Source: a virus (lineage: Duplodnaviria; Caudoviricetes). From it: DNA of 64,000 bases. Shown one piece after another: positions 1 to 9,389 of this stretch. Position numbers and translations under genes: made by a program. The stretch spans positions 36,643 to 100,642 of IMG/VR virus record IMGVR_UViG_2933073624_000001; one strand, 5' to 3'. Below the pieces are notes generated by a model, which was not told where the DNA came from, searched no databases, and saw only the letters and a list, made by a program, of their open reading frames with translations. Positions within the stretch are counted from its first letter, which is position 1, and each line of letters opens with the position of its first letter.

Positions 1-88
1 TCGCCGCCGGGCACGACCGCGCGCGGCTGAACCCGGACACGATCCGGCGGACCGCCCAGAAGATCGATCCGGGCCGGAAGAAGGCGTC

Positions 89-745
89 GTGACGCTCGTC
101 TTCGTCCTCGTCGTGGCTGCTGCCGTCGCCTGGTACCTCCAGGCGCGGCAGCGGCCCGGCGCGGGCTCCTCCGCCGCCGCGAAGGCCCGTCGCCTCCGCA
201 GCCCCCTCGTACGCCTCGCCGACCTGCTCGGCGTCGAGACCGCGCGCGGTCGCCGGGCGGACCAGTGGGCTGCCGGGGCTGCGGGCGAGCGAGCCACCGC
301 TGCCCGCCTCGCCCCTCTGGCCCGCTCGGGCTGGACCGTCTTGCACGACCGCGCCCTGCCGACAGGCCGGGCCAACGTCGATCACCTGCTCGTCTCGCCG
401 TCCGGCGTCGTCATCGTCGTCGACTCCAAGCGCTGGTCGGCCCGTTACCCGCTGAGCGTCACCGGCGGCCGGCTCATGCACGGCGACCGCGACGTCACCG
501 CCCGGCTGAACGGCGTGCGGCACGAGGCCGCGACCGTCGCCCGGGTCCTGGGCTGCCGCGTCATCCCGCTCGTCTCCATGGACGGCCCGGCGATGCCCCC
601 CGAGCTCGTGCTCGACGGCGTCCGGATCGTCCCCGCGGACCAGGCCGTGCCCGTCCTGCGCGTCCTCGGCCGCCGCTACCGCGCGACCGGCCCGCACCCC
701 GGCGCCCGCGCCACCCAACTCTTCGCCCCGTACCGGAAGAAGTAA
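89..745 (+). CDS. NERD (nuclease-related domain) protein with N-terminal TM segment
   Basis: GAAGE..TA..L, W.VLHD, ANVDHLLVSPSGV.VVDSK motifs typical of NERD PD-(D/E)xK fold. Confidence 0.85.
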   Translation: MTLVFVLVVAAAVAWYLQARQRPGAGSSAAAKARRLRSPLVRLADLLGVETARGRRADQWAAGAAGERATAARLAPLARSGWTVLHDRALPTGRANVDHLLVSPSGVVIVVDSKRWSARYPLSVTGGRLMHGDRDVTARLNGVRHEAATVARVLGCRVIPLVSMDGPAMPPELVLDGVRIVPADQAVPVLRVLGRRYRATGPHPGARATQLFAPYRKK

Positions 746-751
746 CCCCCG

Positions 752-892
752 ATGATCTACGGATACCTGGCCCTGGGCCTGTTTGGCATGCTGATCGACC
801 TGTTCGGGCGCGGGGACAACCTCCGCGAGTTCGGCCGCCTGTGCGCTGCCGGAGCCTTCGTCCTCATCGCCTTGAACTGGGACGTGCAGTGA
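752..892 (+). CDS. small hydrophobic protein (46 aa)
   Basis: ATG 752 to TGA 892, hydrophobic; stop overlaps next start (GTGA). Confidence 0.5.
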   Translation: MIYGYLALGLFGMLIDLFGRGDNLREFGRLCAAGAFVLIALNWDVQ

Positions 893-1071
893 GCGCCGCC
901 CCCGGGGCCGACGAGCTCCAGATCCGCACCCTCCTCCTCGACCTCGGCCTGGACTGGAACCCGCTGGGCGCCCCGGCCGCCGAGGACGACCAGGCCGACG
1001 ACGAGACCGGCCAGACCCGCGGCCGCCTGGCCGCCCGCCTCTCCCGCCTGCTGCACCGGAGCACCCGATGA
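889..1071 (+). CDS. hypothetical protein
   Basis: GTG 889 coupled to upstream stop; stop overlaps ATG 1068. Confidence 0.5.
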   Translation: MSAAPGADELQIRTLLLDLGLDWNPLGAPAAEDDQADDETGQTRGRLAARLSRLLHRSTR

Positions 1072-2114
1072 GCGACACCACCCGAGAGAACGAAGAGACC
1101 GAGGACACGCCGGCGTTCCGCTTCCGGGACGTCCTCCAGTTCCTGCGTCCCGTTCAGGACGACCAGGACGAGGACGCCGACGGCGGAGACGGACTCGAGG
1201 ACGCGGGGGAGGAGCGGCCGGTGTTCCGGGTCCGCGACGTCTTCCAGTTCCGCCGCCCCGCCGCCGAGGACGACACCGACGACGACCAGGAGGAAACCGT
1301 CCCCGAGGCGCCCGTGGCCGCTCCTGCCTCCGTGAGGGTGCCGCAGGCGCGGCCGGTCGACGCGAGCGGCCACCGGATGCCGAACTGGTGGGAGACGGAC
1401 AAGAGTGACCTGGCCCCGCGGACTCCTCCGGCGCCGAAGGTGACCGACGGGGTGAACTGGGTCGGGCGCGTCCCGCACCACGTCCCTGCCGCGACGCTGT
1501 GCTCCCACCCCGCCCCGCACGCCGTCCGCGCGCAGCCGACGAACAAGCTGGTGGCGTTCTGGTGCGAGGACTGTGCGACACAGCTCGAAGTGCCCCCGGG
1601 CTACGACGAGCTGGAAGAGGTGACCGCCGGTCCGGAGAAGGCCGCAGACGGCGAGGAAGAGGCCGAGGAGGACGACAGGGGAGAGCAGGGCGGCAAGGGC
1701 ATCGCGAAGGTCCCGGCCGCCATCCGCGCCCGCTGGAACGGCAGCTTCGGCGGGAGGGTCTACAGCCGCCCCGCCTACCGCTCGGGCCCGGCGCCCAAGC
1801 TGTCGCTCATCCAGATCTGGGGCCGGACGTCCCCGAAGACCCGGCACCTGCTCTACAACGGCACCGCCCTCGGCGTCGGTTTCTGGTTCGGCGTCCCGCA
1901 GTGGTTCACCGCAGAAGTTGCCTACCTGGACGCCACGTACGACTCGTGGACCGAGCCGTACGTGTGCCTCTGGTACGGCATCGCCGTCGGCATCTGGGCC
2001 ATCGACCACCGCACCGGCCGCTGGCTCCCGCCCTTCGCCCTGATCGGCCGCATCCCCCTCATCTCGATGATCTTCGGCGTCCTGCTGTACGGCACGCCGG
2101 CGCTCGTCTCCTAG
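1068..2114 (+). CDS. membrane protein with acidic N-terminus (plasmid transfer/spread region-like)
   Basis: acidic N-terminus with duplicated FR.RDV.QF motif, C-terminal TM helices, high GC3. Confidence 0.65.
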   Translation: MSDTTRENEETEDTPAFRFRDVLQFLRPVQDDQDEDADGGDGLEDAGEERPVFRVRDVFQFRRPAAEDDTDDDQEETVPEAPVAAPASVRVPQARPVDASGHRMPNWWETDKSDLAPRTPPAPKVTDGVNWVGRVPHHVPAATLCSHPAPHAVRAQPTNKLVAFWCEDCATQLEVPPGYDELEEVTAGPEKAADGEEEAEEDDRGEQGGKGIAKVPAAIRARWNGSFGGRVYSRPAYRSGPAPKLSLIQIWGRTSPKTRHLLYNGTALGVGFWFGVPQWFTAEVAYLDATYDSWTEPYVCLWYGIAVGIWAIDHRTGRWLPPFALIGRIPLISMIFGVLLYGTPALVS

Positions 2115-2134
2115 CCAGAACGGAACACCCGCAC

Positions 2135-2557
2135 ATGTCTGTCATCAGCGGCCTCGGCACCCTCGGCGTCAGCCTCGCCCTCGTCCTGGTCCTCTGGTTC
2201 GGTACCGGCAAGAACGCCGGTAGCGGGAAGATGCCCGCGCTCGGCTGGGGCGCGACGTTCTTCCTCGCCCTCCTCGCCGGAAGCGGCCTCGCGGTCTCCG
2301 GCGACCCCCTCAAGTTCCGGGGCGCGGTCCAGGACCTCCTGAGCTTCCTCAACAAGATCGGCTCGAGCCTCCAGGCCGGCGGGGTCACCATGGCCGGTCT
2401 CGCGGTCCTGATCCTGGTGATCGTCCTGTACAAGAAGATGACCACCCGGATCCTGGCCGTCCTCGGCATCCTGCTCTTCTTCGCGGCCGGGTCCGCCGGG
2501 GGCACGATGGGCACCCTGTCCGGCGCACTGACCTCGATCGTCAACGAGTTCGCGTGA
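2135..2557 (+). CDS. multi-TM membrane protein (Spd-like)
   Basis: MSVISGLG start, about four hydrophobic segments. Confidence 0.65.
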   Translation: MSVISGLGTLGVSLALVLVLWFGTGKNAGSGKMPALGWGATFFLALLAGSGLAVSGDPLKFRGAVQDLLSFLNKIGSSLQAGGVTMAGLAVLILVIVLYKKMTTRILAVLGILLFFAAGSAGGTMGTLSGALTSIVNEFA

Positions 2558-3855
2558 TGAGCGCCGCCCACCTGCACGCCGTCCCCGACCCCGACCCCGA
2601 GACCGACCAGGCTCCGGGCCCGGGGGAGGGGCTGGCCCTTGCCCCGACCGTCGTCGCCCCGCGGCCCCCGCTCGACGACGAGCTGCCGGACGACGACCAG
2701 GACGACGCCGACGAGGACCTGGCCGACGAGGACGACGCCGACGACATCGAGAAGCGGCCCGGCCTGTTGCGCGAGCTCCAGCCGTACTACGACCCGCGGC
2801 CCCTGGCCGAACTCGGCCCGCTCGCCGTCGAAGTCGGCAAGGCGGCCGGCCCCCCGCTGCTGCGGGGCATTGCCCGGCTCCTGCGCGGCCTGGTCCGTGC
2901 CGCCGTCTGGTACGGCCGGGGGATCGGCGTACTCCTGGCCGCACTGACCGGCTGGCTCGGCAAGAGCGGCGAGGCGCGCGCCCGGCTCGGCGGCGCCGTC
3001 GCCGTCCTGTACGGGCTCGTGCACCTGTCGGGGGAGTACCCCTACGTCTGGCCGCTCGCCGCCGCCGCTCTGGCCCTTGCCGTCCTCCTCGCGGCTGCCG
3101 GGCTCATCAAGGTCCCCAAGGCCAAGCCGGAGAAGAAGGACGCCAAGAAGACCAGCGACGCTAAGAAGGGCGCCCCCGAAAGCGAGACGGAAGCCCCTTC
3201 GGAGAAGGGCTCTGGAAAGCCGGAGGAAGAGCCCTCCGAGGCCCCCCGTAAAGGCCTGTTCGCCCGCCTCCTTAAGGAGCAGAAAGAGACGGAAGAAGCC
3301 CCCGAGGAAGACGACGAGAAAACCCCGGAAGAGGCCCCGGAAGGAGGCTCCGAGAACGCCCCCGAAGAGGCGCCGGAGACGGCCGGAAAAGAGACTCCCG
3401 AGCGCCCTGTGGAAGACCCCCTGACGGCCCTCATCCGGAAGGAGATCGGCACCGAGAATGGGGTCCATTTGCGGGACCTCCGCCCGGCCATGCGCAGGGC
3501 CCTCCCCGGCCTGGCCGAGGCCGGTGACAAGGAGTTGCGGGCCCTCCTGGTGAAGGCCGGCTGGGACCCCACCCGTACCTTCCGCGCCCGGGGGGTCGCT
3601 GGAAGGGCTGGAGTCCACCGGAATCAGCTTCCACCACGGCACTCCCCCGAGAGTGGCCCCGCCCCCTCTCCGCGCCTCTCTCCGGCACCTGGAGAGGGGC
3701 CCCGACCTGTGAACTCTCCGGTCCTCTCCGCTCCTCTCCAGGGCGGCGGAGAGTGGAGCGAAGAGGAGAAGGCCCGCGGCTTCCGGTCCGCCCCTGACCC
3801 CGAAAACGGCCCGTCGGCCTCGCGGATCGAGCACTATGGGGGTGATCGGAAGTGA
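2554..3855 (+). CDS. membrane protein with Glu/Pro/Lys-rich linker and C-terminal domain (Streptomyces plasmid transfer region-like)
   Basis: TM segments, low-complexity linker, translational coupling on both sides. Confidence 0.65.
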   Translation: MMSAAHLHAVPDPDPETDQAPGPGEGLALAPTVVAPRPPLDDELPDDDQDDADEDLADEDDADDIEKRPGLLRELQPYYDPRPLAELGPLAVEVGKAAGPPLLRGIARLLRGLVRAAVWYGRGIGVLLAALTGWLGKSGEARARLGGAVAVLYGLVHLSGEYPYVWPLAAAALALAVLLAAAGLIKVPKAKPEKKDAKKTSDAKKGAPESETEAPSEKGSGKPEEEPSEAPRKGLFARLLKEQKETEEAPEEDDEKTPEEAPEGGSENAPEEAPETAGKETPERPVEDPLTALIRKEIGTENGVHLRDLRPAMRRALPGLAEAGDKELRALLVKAGWDPTRTFRARGVAGRAGVHRNQLPPRHSPESGPAPSPRLSPAPGEGPRPVNSPVLSAPLQGGGEWSEEEKARGFRSAPDPENGPSASRIEHYGGDRK

Positions 3856-4112
3856 CGAAGGGGCGCCCGATGAGCTACCAGTACCGGTGTGAGCAGTGCC
3901 GCACGACGTCACCGCCCGTCCTGACGCGCTCGGGGCTGGTCGAGGAGCAGGACAAGCACCGGCGGCTGTTCCACGGCGGGCACATTCCCGATGGGGAAAT
4001 GGTCATCCAGCCCGAGCCGTTCCACTACACCGACATTCCCCGGGGGCAGTGGATCATCGGCTCGTTGATGGTCCTCACCCTCATCGTCGCCGCCCTGTAC
4101 CGGATTTCTTAG
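3852..4112 (+). CDS. small Zn-finger-like protein with C-terminal TM
   Basis: CEQC...H...H plus hydrophobic C-terminus. Confidence 0.6.
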   Translation: MTKGRPMSYQYRCEQCRTTSPPVLTRSGLVEEQDKHRRLFHGGHIPDGEMVIQPEPFHYTDIPRGQWIIGSLMVLTLIVAALYRIS

Positions 4113-4123
4113 AGGCTCAAACA

Positions 4124-4160
4124 CGAAGGGGCCCCGTACGCTTCGTGCAGGGCCCTTCGC
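4124..4160. terminator. hairpin between convergent genes
   Basis: CGAAGGGGCCC...GGGCCCTTCG inverted repeat. Confidence 0.55.
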
Positions 4161-4191
4161 ATTTCCGGCGGTGGAATGCGACCGTCCTGCC

Positions 4192-4707
4192 TCAGTCCTT
4201 GATGGATCGGACGGTCGGCGCCCGCAGACCGGGCACGTCGTACTCCTTGGCAATGTTGGTGATCGTGCCTTCGGTCCATGGGGTGTGCGGGACGATCTTT
4301 GCCCGGGACACCTGGGATGTGCGCAGCTCCTCGGCGACAGTGGCACGGGCCGCCGTCCACGCCTCCTTGGTCCGGGCTTCTGCCTGGCGCAGCGCCTCGA
4401 AGGCGTCGGCGAGGGTCTTGAGGACAGCCGGGCTGGGGTCATACGGGGGAGGGGAGCCGCCCGGCGACTTGGGCGGGATGCCGAACTCGTTGGCGATGGT
4501 CCGCACGGTCTCCTCGGTCCACGGCGTGTGCTCGGCGACGCGAGCGTTGGACTGCTGGGAGGAGCGCAGCTCGTCCGCGACGACCCGGCGGGCTTCCTGC
4601 CGCGCGTCCGCCTCTGCCTGCTCGGCCTGCTCCAGGGCGGCGAATGCGTCCTTGAACGGCTGGCTCGGCTCGTAGGGGGCGCGGGATCGCTTCTTCGGGG
4701 TGGTCAT
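4192..4707 (-). CDS. tandem-duplicated HTH-like regulator
   Basis: two ~70-aa repeats (VADELRSSQQS..VAEHTPWTEETVRTIA / VAEELRTSQVS..IVPHTPWTEGTITNIA); divergent from promoter at 4787. Confidence 0.7.
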   Translation of the reverse strand: MTTPKKRSRAPYEPSQPFKDAFAALEQAEQAEADARQEARRVVADELRSSQQSNARVAEHTPWTEETVRTIANEFGIPPKSPGGSPPPYDPSPAVLKTLADAFEALRQAEARTKEAWTAARATVAEELRTSQVSRAKIVPHTPWTEGTITNIAKEYDVPGLRAPTVRSIKD

Positions 4708-4786
4708 GCGGAGGAGTCTTCCACAAGCCGGTTGCGGCAAACGGCCTGCCCATGAGGGGTGTGCGATTCACCTGCGAAAACTTAAA

Positions 4787-4823
4787 CCCAACTTGGTTAT
4801 CCATAAGTCACTTGGGTATGGTG
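4787..4823 (+). promoter_or_regulatory. class-B promoter/operator repeat, copy 1
   Basis: 29 bp GGTTATCCATAAGTCACTTGGGTATGGTG identical to copy at 6576-6612; TTGGTT-N18-TATGGT; CCCAA..TTGGG dyad. Confidence 0.7.
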
Positions 4824-4860
4824 GATGTTGTACCACCCACCACCACCCGAAAGGCCCGAG

Positions 4861-5919
4861 ATGACCGACAAGCGCGCGCTTCACCAGCTGGCCGGAGTCA
4901 CCCCGGTCAACGGCGCCACCGGCAAGCTCCCCCACTACCTCGCCGAAGGCGCCCCCCTGGCACTGTGCAAGCGCCGCACCGGCTCCCCCCTCACCACCGA
5001 GGAACTGGAAGCGGCCGACCGGTTCTGCTCCCACTGCGTGAAGGCCGCCGAGAAACTGGCCGCCGACCGCCCCGCGGCCGACAAGCCGGAGACCGTCCAG
5101 GGCGCCGCCGCCCGCGACTTCGCCGACAGCATCGCTTCCCGCGAGGACCGCAACACCGAGATCCGCGCGCTCGCCGACGCGGCCGGCCTCGCCCTGGCCC
5201 ACGGATGGGACGACCTCGACCCGCACTTCGCCCACCCGGACGCCGGGGAGACCATGTGCGACCGGGCGGTCACCCGCTGGCTGTCCGAGGAACTGGCCGC
5301 CCGGGTCTCCATCCTGTGCCCGAAGTGCGAACGGGCCGCCCGGCTGCGCAGGGACCGCCGGATCTCCGAGGCCCGCCAGGCGTGCCAGGAGGCCGGTCCC
5401 CGGGTCCGGACCAACCCGGACCCGAAGGACCCCGAGTGGATCGAGGCCCTGGACCGGCTCGGTAGCGCCCTGGACTACCTGGAGAAGCACGACTCCGTGA
5501 CGGCCGAGGGCATCCGCAAGGGCGCTGCCGAAGCCGGGGCCGCCCTGGAGCTGATCGGTCTGGACGAGGGCGTCACCGAGGGAGACCTGCTGATTGCCGA
5601 ACTGGCCAAGCTCGGCCGCGAGGCCGGCCTGACCCGTGAGGGCGGGGTCTCGTGCGTGGTCATGGCCGCCGCCTCCGACGCTCCGCCGTTCCCGTACGAC
5701 CGGCCGCACGTCCTGATGTACGCGGGCGAGCGCGCCGACCGGCCCGCGACCGACCGTGAAGAGCCGTGGTCCGCTCACCTGTACGGCGCGGACGGCGAGT
5801 ACATCACCGACATCGGCTCGACCTCCCCGACCCCGCTCGGGCCCCTGTCCGACGCCGCCCGCTGCGCCCGTGAGGTCGTCGAGTGGCTGGACGCCTTCTG
5901 GGGCGCCCCTCAGGCCTGA
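4861..5919 (+). CDS. hypothetical protein with CxxC motifs
   Basis: RBS-like AAAGG, ATG 4861, high GC3. Confidence 0.7.
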   Translation: MTDKRALHQLAGVTPVNGATGKLPHYLAEGAPLALCKRRTGSPLTTEELEAADRFCSHCVKAAEKLAADRPAADKPETVQGAAARDFADSIASREDRNTEIRALADAAGLALAHGWDDLDPHFAHPDAGETMCDRAVTRWLSEELAARVSILCPKCERAARLRRDRRISEARQACQEAGPRVRTNPDPKDPEWIEALDRLGSALDYLEKHDSVTAEGIRKGAAEAGAALELIGLDEGVTEGDLLIAELAKLGREAGLTREGGVSCVVMAAASDAPPFPYDRPHVLMYAGERADRPATDREEPWSAHLYGADGEYITDIGSTSPTPLGPLSDAARCAREVVEWLDAFWGAPQA

Positions 5920-5986
5920 CCCGCACCACCCCTGGGGCGGGCCGACCGGCCCGCCCCGACCACCCGCACACCCAGGAGAGACGCCC

Positions 5987-6478
5987 ATGTACGAGGTCAC
6001 CATCCAGCACCCCTCCATCGAGGAGAAGACCTTCACGGCCAAGGACGGCGGCGAGCTGCGCACCCTGGTCTACAGGGTCGCCCGAGCCCAGGGCAACGAG
6101 ATCAGCGTCGGCGACCTGATCGCCGAGGCCGGGGCGGTCCGCTCGCGCGCCGACATCGAGGGCGTCGGGCTGATCGAGGTCCACGACCTGACCGTGGAGG
6201 TCAGGCCGGCGGAGAACGAGAGCGACTACGCCTGCGAGGGTCACGAGAGCCTCTACACCGGCTTCGGGGAAACGGCTTACTGCGACGGGTCGTGCGTGAA
6301 GCGCGCGACGTTCGACCGCGTGGCCTTGCTGGAACTGTCGGCGGCGCTCGACGACGAGGACCTGGAGGAGTCCGGCGGCTGCCCCGACTGCGGCCTGGAG
6401 GCCGACGACAAGTGCGCGGCCTGCGGGCTGTGCAACTGCGACCGGCACGACAACTGCAAGCGGCCGCAGGGTCAGTAG
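5987..6478 (+). CDS. Cys-rich hypothetical protein
   Basis: AGGAG RBS, ATG 5987, C-terminal Cys cluster. Confidence 0.75.
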   Translation: MYEVTIQHPSIEEKTFTAKDGGELRTLVYRVARAQGNEISVGDLIAEAGAVRSRADIEGVGLIEVHDLTVEVRPAENESDYACEGHESLYTGFGETAYCDGSCVKRATFDRVALLELSAALDDEDLEESGGCPDCGLEADDKCAACGLCNCDRHDNCKRPQGQ

Positions 6479-6575
6479 CGAGCGGCACGGCGCCCCGTCC
6501 CCGGCCTCGGGGACGGGGCGCCGTGGTACCCCCCCGGGGTCCGCCCCTTTGCCAACCCTTTGCCATACCCGGAAC

Positions 6576-6612
6576 CCCAAGTCGGTTATCCATAAGTCAC
6601 TTGGGTATGGTG
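6576..6612 (+). promoter_or_regulatory. class-B promoter/operator repeat, copy 2
   Basis: CCCAAGT-N16-ACTTGGG perfect dyad followed by TATGGT. Confidence 0.7.
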
Positions 6613-6658
6613 AAGGTGTCACCACAAACCACCACCCACCGGGCGAAAGAGGGCCACC

Positions 6659-7018
6659 ATGCGCGCCAAGACCGCACAGAACCAGGTCCGTTGCCTCAAG
6701 TGCGGCCGCACCCTGCGGTCCCCCTCGCCCGACGGCTACGGCCCCAAGTGCAGGCGCAAGGTCCGCCGCGCCACCAAGACCGCCGAACTGGCCCAGCACA
6801 AGCCGCACCTGGTCGAGAAGGCCGTGGAGCTCCTGGAGCAGGGCGGCGTCATCCCTCTGCGCGACACCCGGAAGAACCAGGTCTTCCTGGTCGTCAGCAG
6901 CGACGGGAGCGAGACCTACCGCACCGCCCGCGCCGCCTGCACCTGCCCGGCCGGCCTGCGCGCCCTGCACATGTGCGCCCACCGCATCGCCGTCCACGCG
7001 CTCGACCTGGCGAGCTGA
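6659..7018 (+). CDS. SWIM-type zinc-finger protein
   Basis: N-terminal C..CGR.L...GYGPKC and C-terminal CTCPAG...CAH. Confidence 0.7.
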   Translation: MRAKTAQNQVRCLKCGRTLRSPSPDGYGPKCRRKVRRATKTAELAQHKPHLVEKAVELLEQGGVIPLRDTRKNQVFLVVSSDGSETYRTARAACTCPAGLRALHMCAHRIAVHALDLAS

Positions 7019-7050
7019 CCCCCCTTCACCACCGAGAGAGGACCGACGAC

Positions 7051-7698
7051 ATGACCGAGTACGACCACGACAAGGCCGCCACCCGGGCCCGCCTCCTCGC
7101 GCGCCTCATCCGCAGCCGTGCCAAGGGCCACCCCGACGCCGCCGCCCTGCGGTCCGTCGCCCGCGGCCTGGTCCGCGTCGCCCGCCACCTCGCCGACGAC
7201 GGCCACGACACGGCCGACCGCGTAACCCGCGCTCTCTGGCACATCCGCCGGTCCGCACCCCACTCCTTCCCAGTCGACGTCATCGCCTACGTCTCCGCAC
7301 CCCTCAGCGGCGGCCGCGCCCCGGGCCTGCACGACCTGATGCCCGCCAACCCCGAGCACGCCCACCGTGAGGCCCAGCTGCGGGCCCGGCTCCTCGAACT
7401 CACCGAGGCCGGACACCTCGACAGCACCGAGGAGGACATCGTCGCCGCCACCCTGGCCGCCCTCCTCGACCTGCACACCGGGCACGCCGCCCTCGCCGAG
7501 GACGTCGCCGCCCACGGCCGGGCCGACGCCCAGCCCACCCTCTTCCACCCGCACCGCAGCGAGCTGACCGGCACGCACCTGCCCGGCCGCCTGACGGTCT
7601 CCCACCACGGCCGGCTCATCGCCGAACTCCAGGTCCCCTACGGGATCACCCCCGACGGGATCTGGCAGATCCTCCGCACCTTCCAGCTCGCCGCCTGA
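7051..7698 (+). CDS. hypothetical protein
   Basis: GAGAGG RBS, ATG 7051. Confidence 0.7.
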   Translation: MTEYDHDKAATRARLLARLIRSRAKGHPDAAALRSVARGLVRVARHLADDGHDTADRVTRALWHIRRSAPHSFPVDVIAYVSAPLSGGRAPGLHDLMPANPEHAHREAQLRARLLELTEAGHLDSTEEDIVAATLAALLDLHTGHAALAEDVAAHGRADAQPTLFHPHRSELTGTHLPGRLTVSHHGRLIAELQVPYGITPDGIWQILRTFQLAA

Positions 7699-7730
7699 TC
7701 CGACCATCCCGAGGAACGGAGCCACCCGCC

Positions 7731-8480
7731 ATGGCCAACTACGCCACCGCCCACCGCATCGGCACCGAGGACGCCCAGTACGACGCGGTCGCCGTGCACA
7801 CCGCCCCCGACGGCGCCCGCGCCTACGCCCTCCTGGACGGGTACGTCCACCGGCCCGCCACCGCCCAGTGGGTCGCCCGCGAGGTCCGCCGCGTCGCCCG
7901 CGCCGCCTCCCGCCGGGCCGACGCCGCGGCCGGGCTGCGCCACATCTACCAGCAGCACGCCACCGACCCCGCCCGGCAGATGCTCGACGACCGGCTGCGC
8001 ATGCCCAAGGCCGCCGCGACGGTCGCCGTCTCCGTCCCCGGCGGCCCGCTGACCATCGCCTGGTGCGGCGACGTCCGCGCCTACCTCCTCCAGGACGGCA
8101 CGGTCCGGCGCCTGACCGAGGACCACAACATGCGCCGCGCCCAGCCCGCGAACCCGCGCTTCCCCAAGGGCGGCAGCCGGGACTTCCTCACCAGCTACCT
8201 CGGCAACGTCCACAGCGGCGAGGAGATGCTGCGCAGCTTCATGCGCCACCGCGCGGTCGACTCCGTGACCGTCACCCCCGACGGGCCCTGCCGCCTCCTC
8301 CTGGCCACCGACGGCGCCTACGAGCCCCACGAGGAAGCCGGACACGACCTGTACGAGCAGCTCGGCCACGGCTCGCTCATCCCGGCCGTCCGCGACTTCG
8401 TCATCGGCGCGTACGAGACGTCCATGACCGCCACCTGCACCGCCGGGAACGGGACCGCCCTCCTGGCCGAACTCGGCTGA
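7731..8480 (+). CDS. PP2C/SpoIIE-like protein phosphatase (divergent)
   Basis: LLDG, AWCGDVRAY, RLTEDHN, LLLATDG motifs. Confidence 0.75.
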   Translation: MANYATAHRIGTEDAQYDAVAVHTAPDGARAYALLDGYVHRPATAQWVAREVRRVARAASRRADAAAGLRHIYQQHATDPARQMLDDRLRMPKAAATVAVSVPGGPLTIAWCGDVRAYLLQDGTVRRLTEDHNMRRAQPANPRFPKGGSRDFLTSYLGNVHSGEEMLRSFMRHRAVDSVTVTPDGPCRLLLATDGAYEPHEEAGHDLYEQLGHGSLIPAVRDFVIGAYETSMTATCTAGNGTALLAELG

Positions 8481-8488
8481 CCACCGGC

Positions 8489-8586
8489 CCCGGACCGCGT
8501 CCGGACCGTGCCCGGACCACGTCCGGACACGGTCCGGGCGACCGGCCCGCACCCCCCGCCACCTGCCCGGACTGCGTCCGGACACC
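8489..8586. repeat. cluster of (GT)CCGGAC repeats
   Basis: about seven CCGGAC/GTCCGG units with ~11-bp spacing. Confidence 0.65.
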
Positions 8587-8610
8587 CCGCCCCACGAGAG
8601 GACCAGCGAC

Positions 8611-9309
8611 ATGAGCACCACCGCCAGCCCCAGCGGCCCCCGACGCCTCGTCCACGTCCGCACCGGCACCTTCCGCAAGGCCTACCACCCGAACCCCGCC
8701 TGCCCGTCCCTGAACGGCAAGCCGGAGACCTACAGCGGCCAGGAGGCCATCACCGAGGCCCAGGCGCAGCGGCTCGGGCTGACCGAGTGCGGCAACTGCC
8801 CGCCCGCCCCGGCGCAGCCCGCCGAGACCGAGTTCGCCACCGCCCCCCTGTACGAGATCGCCTACGACTACCGGGCGAACGCGCGCCCCTTCACCGTGTC
8901 CGTCGCCGGCCCCGGCCGCCACGACGGCGAGCCGCCCGCCCTGTTCGTCGTCGAGGCCCACAAGACCGAGGAGGCCTGGGCCAAGGTCCTCGCCTGGTAC
9001 ATGGTCGAGCACGAGACGGTCGACGCGATCGTGGTCGCCGGCGAGTCCTTCCAGGGCGTCCCCGCCGGACGCGCCTGGTTCTGGCTCGACCTGCGCCCCG
9101 AGTACGTGCGACGGGAAGCCCTCGACGACCTCGCCGACCAGGCCGCCGAACTGATCGGGGCGTTCGAGGAGGAAACCGGCCCGCTCCTCGGCGAGGAGGG
9201 CGAGCCGCTGCCCCAGGAGCAGAGCACCTACGAGACCGCCCTCGGTGACGCGGCTTTCTCCGCCTGGCCGCTCGTCCTGGAGCTCGCGGGCAACGACGGC
9301 CGGGACTGA
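8611..9309 (+). CDS. hypothetical protein
   Basis: GAGG RBS, H...C...CxxC N-terminus. Confidence 0.7.
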   Translation: MSTTASPSGPRRLVHVRTGTFRKAYHPNPACPSLNGKPETYSGQEAITEAQAQRLGLTECGNCPPAPAQPAETEFATAPLYEIAYDYRANARPFTVSVAGPGRHDGEPPALFVVEAHKTEEAWAKVLAWYMVEHETVDAIVVAGESFQGVPAGRAWFWLDLRPEYVRREALDDLADQAAELIGAFEEETGPLLGEEGEPLPQEQSTYETALGDAAFSAWPLVLELAGNDGRD

Positions 9310-9389
9310 CCGGCACACGCAAGCAGCCCCGACCCACCCGGGCCCGGCGGAGATCCACCGGGCCCGGCACCCGCACCCGAAGGAGAGCC

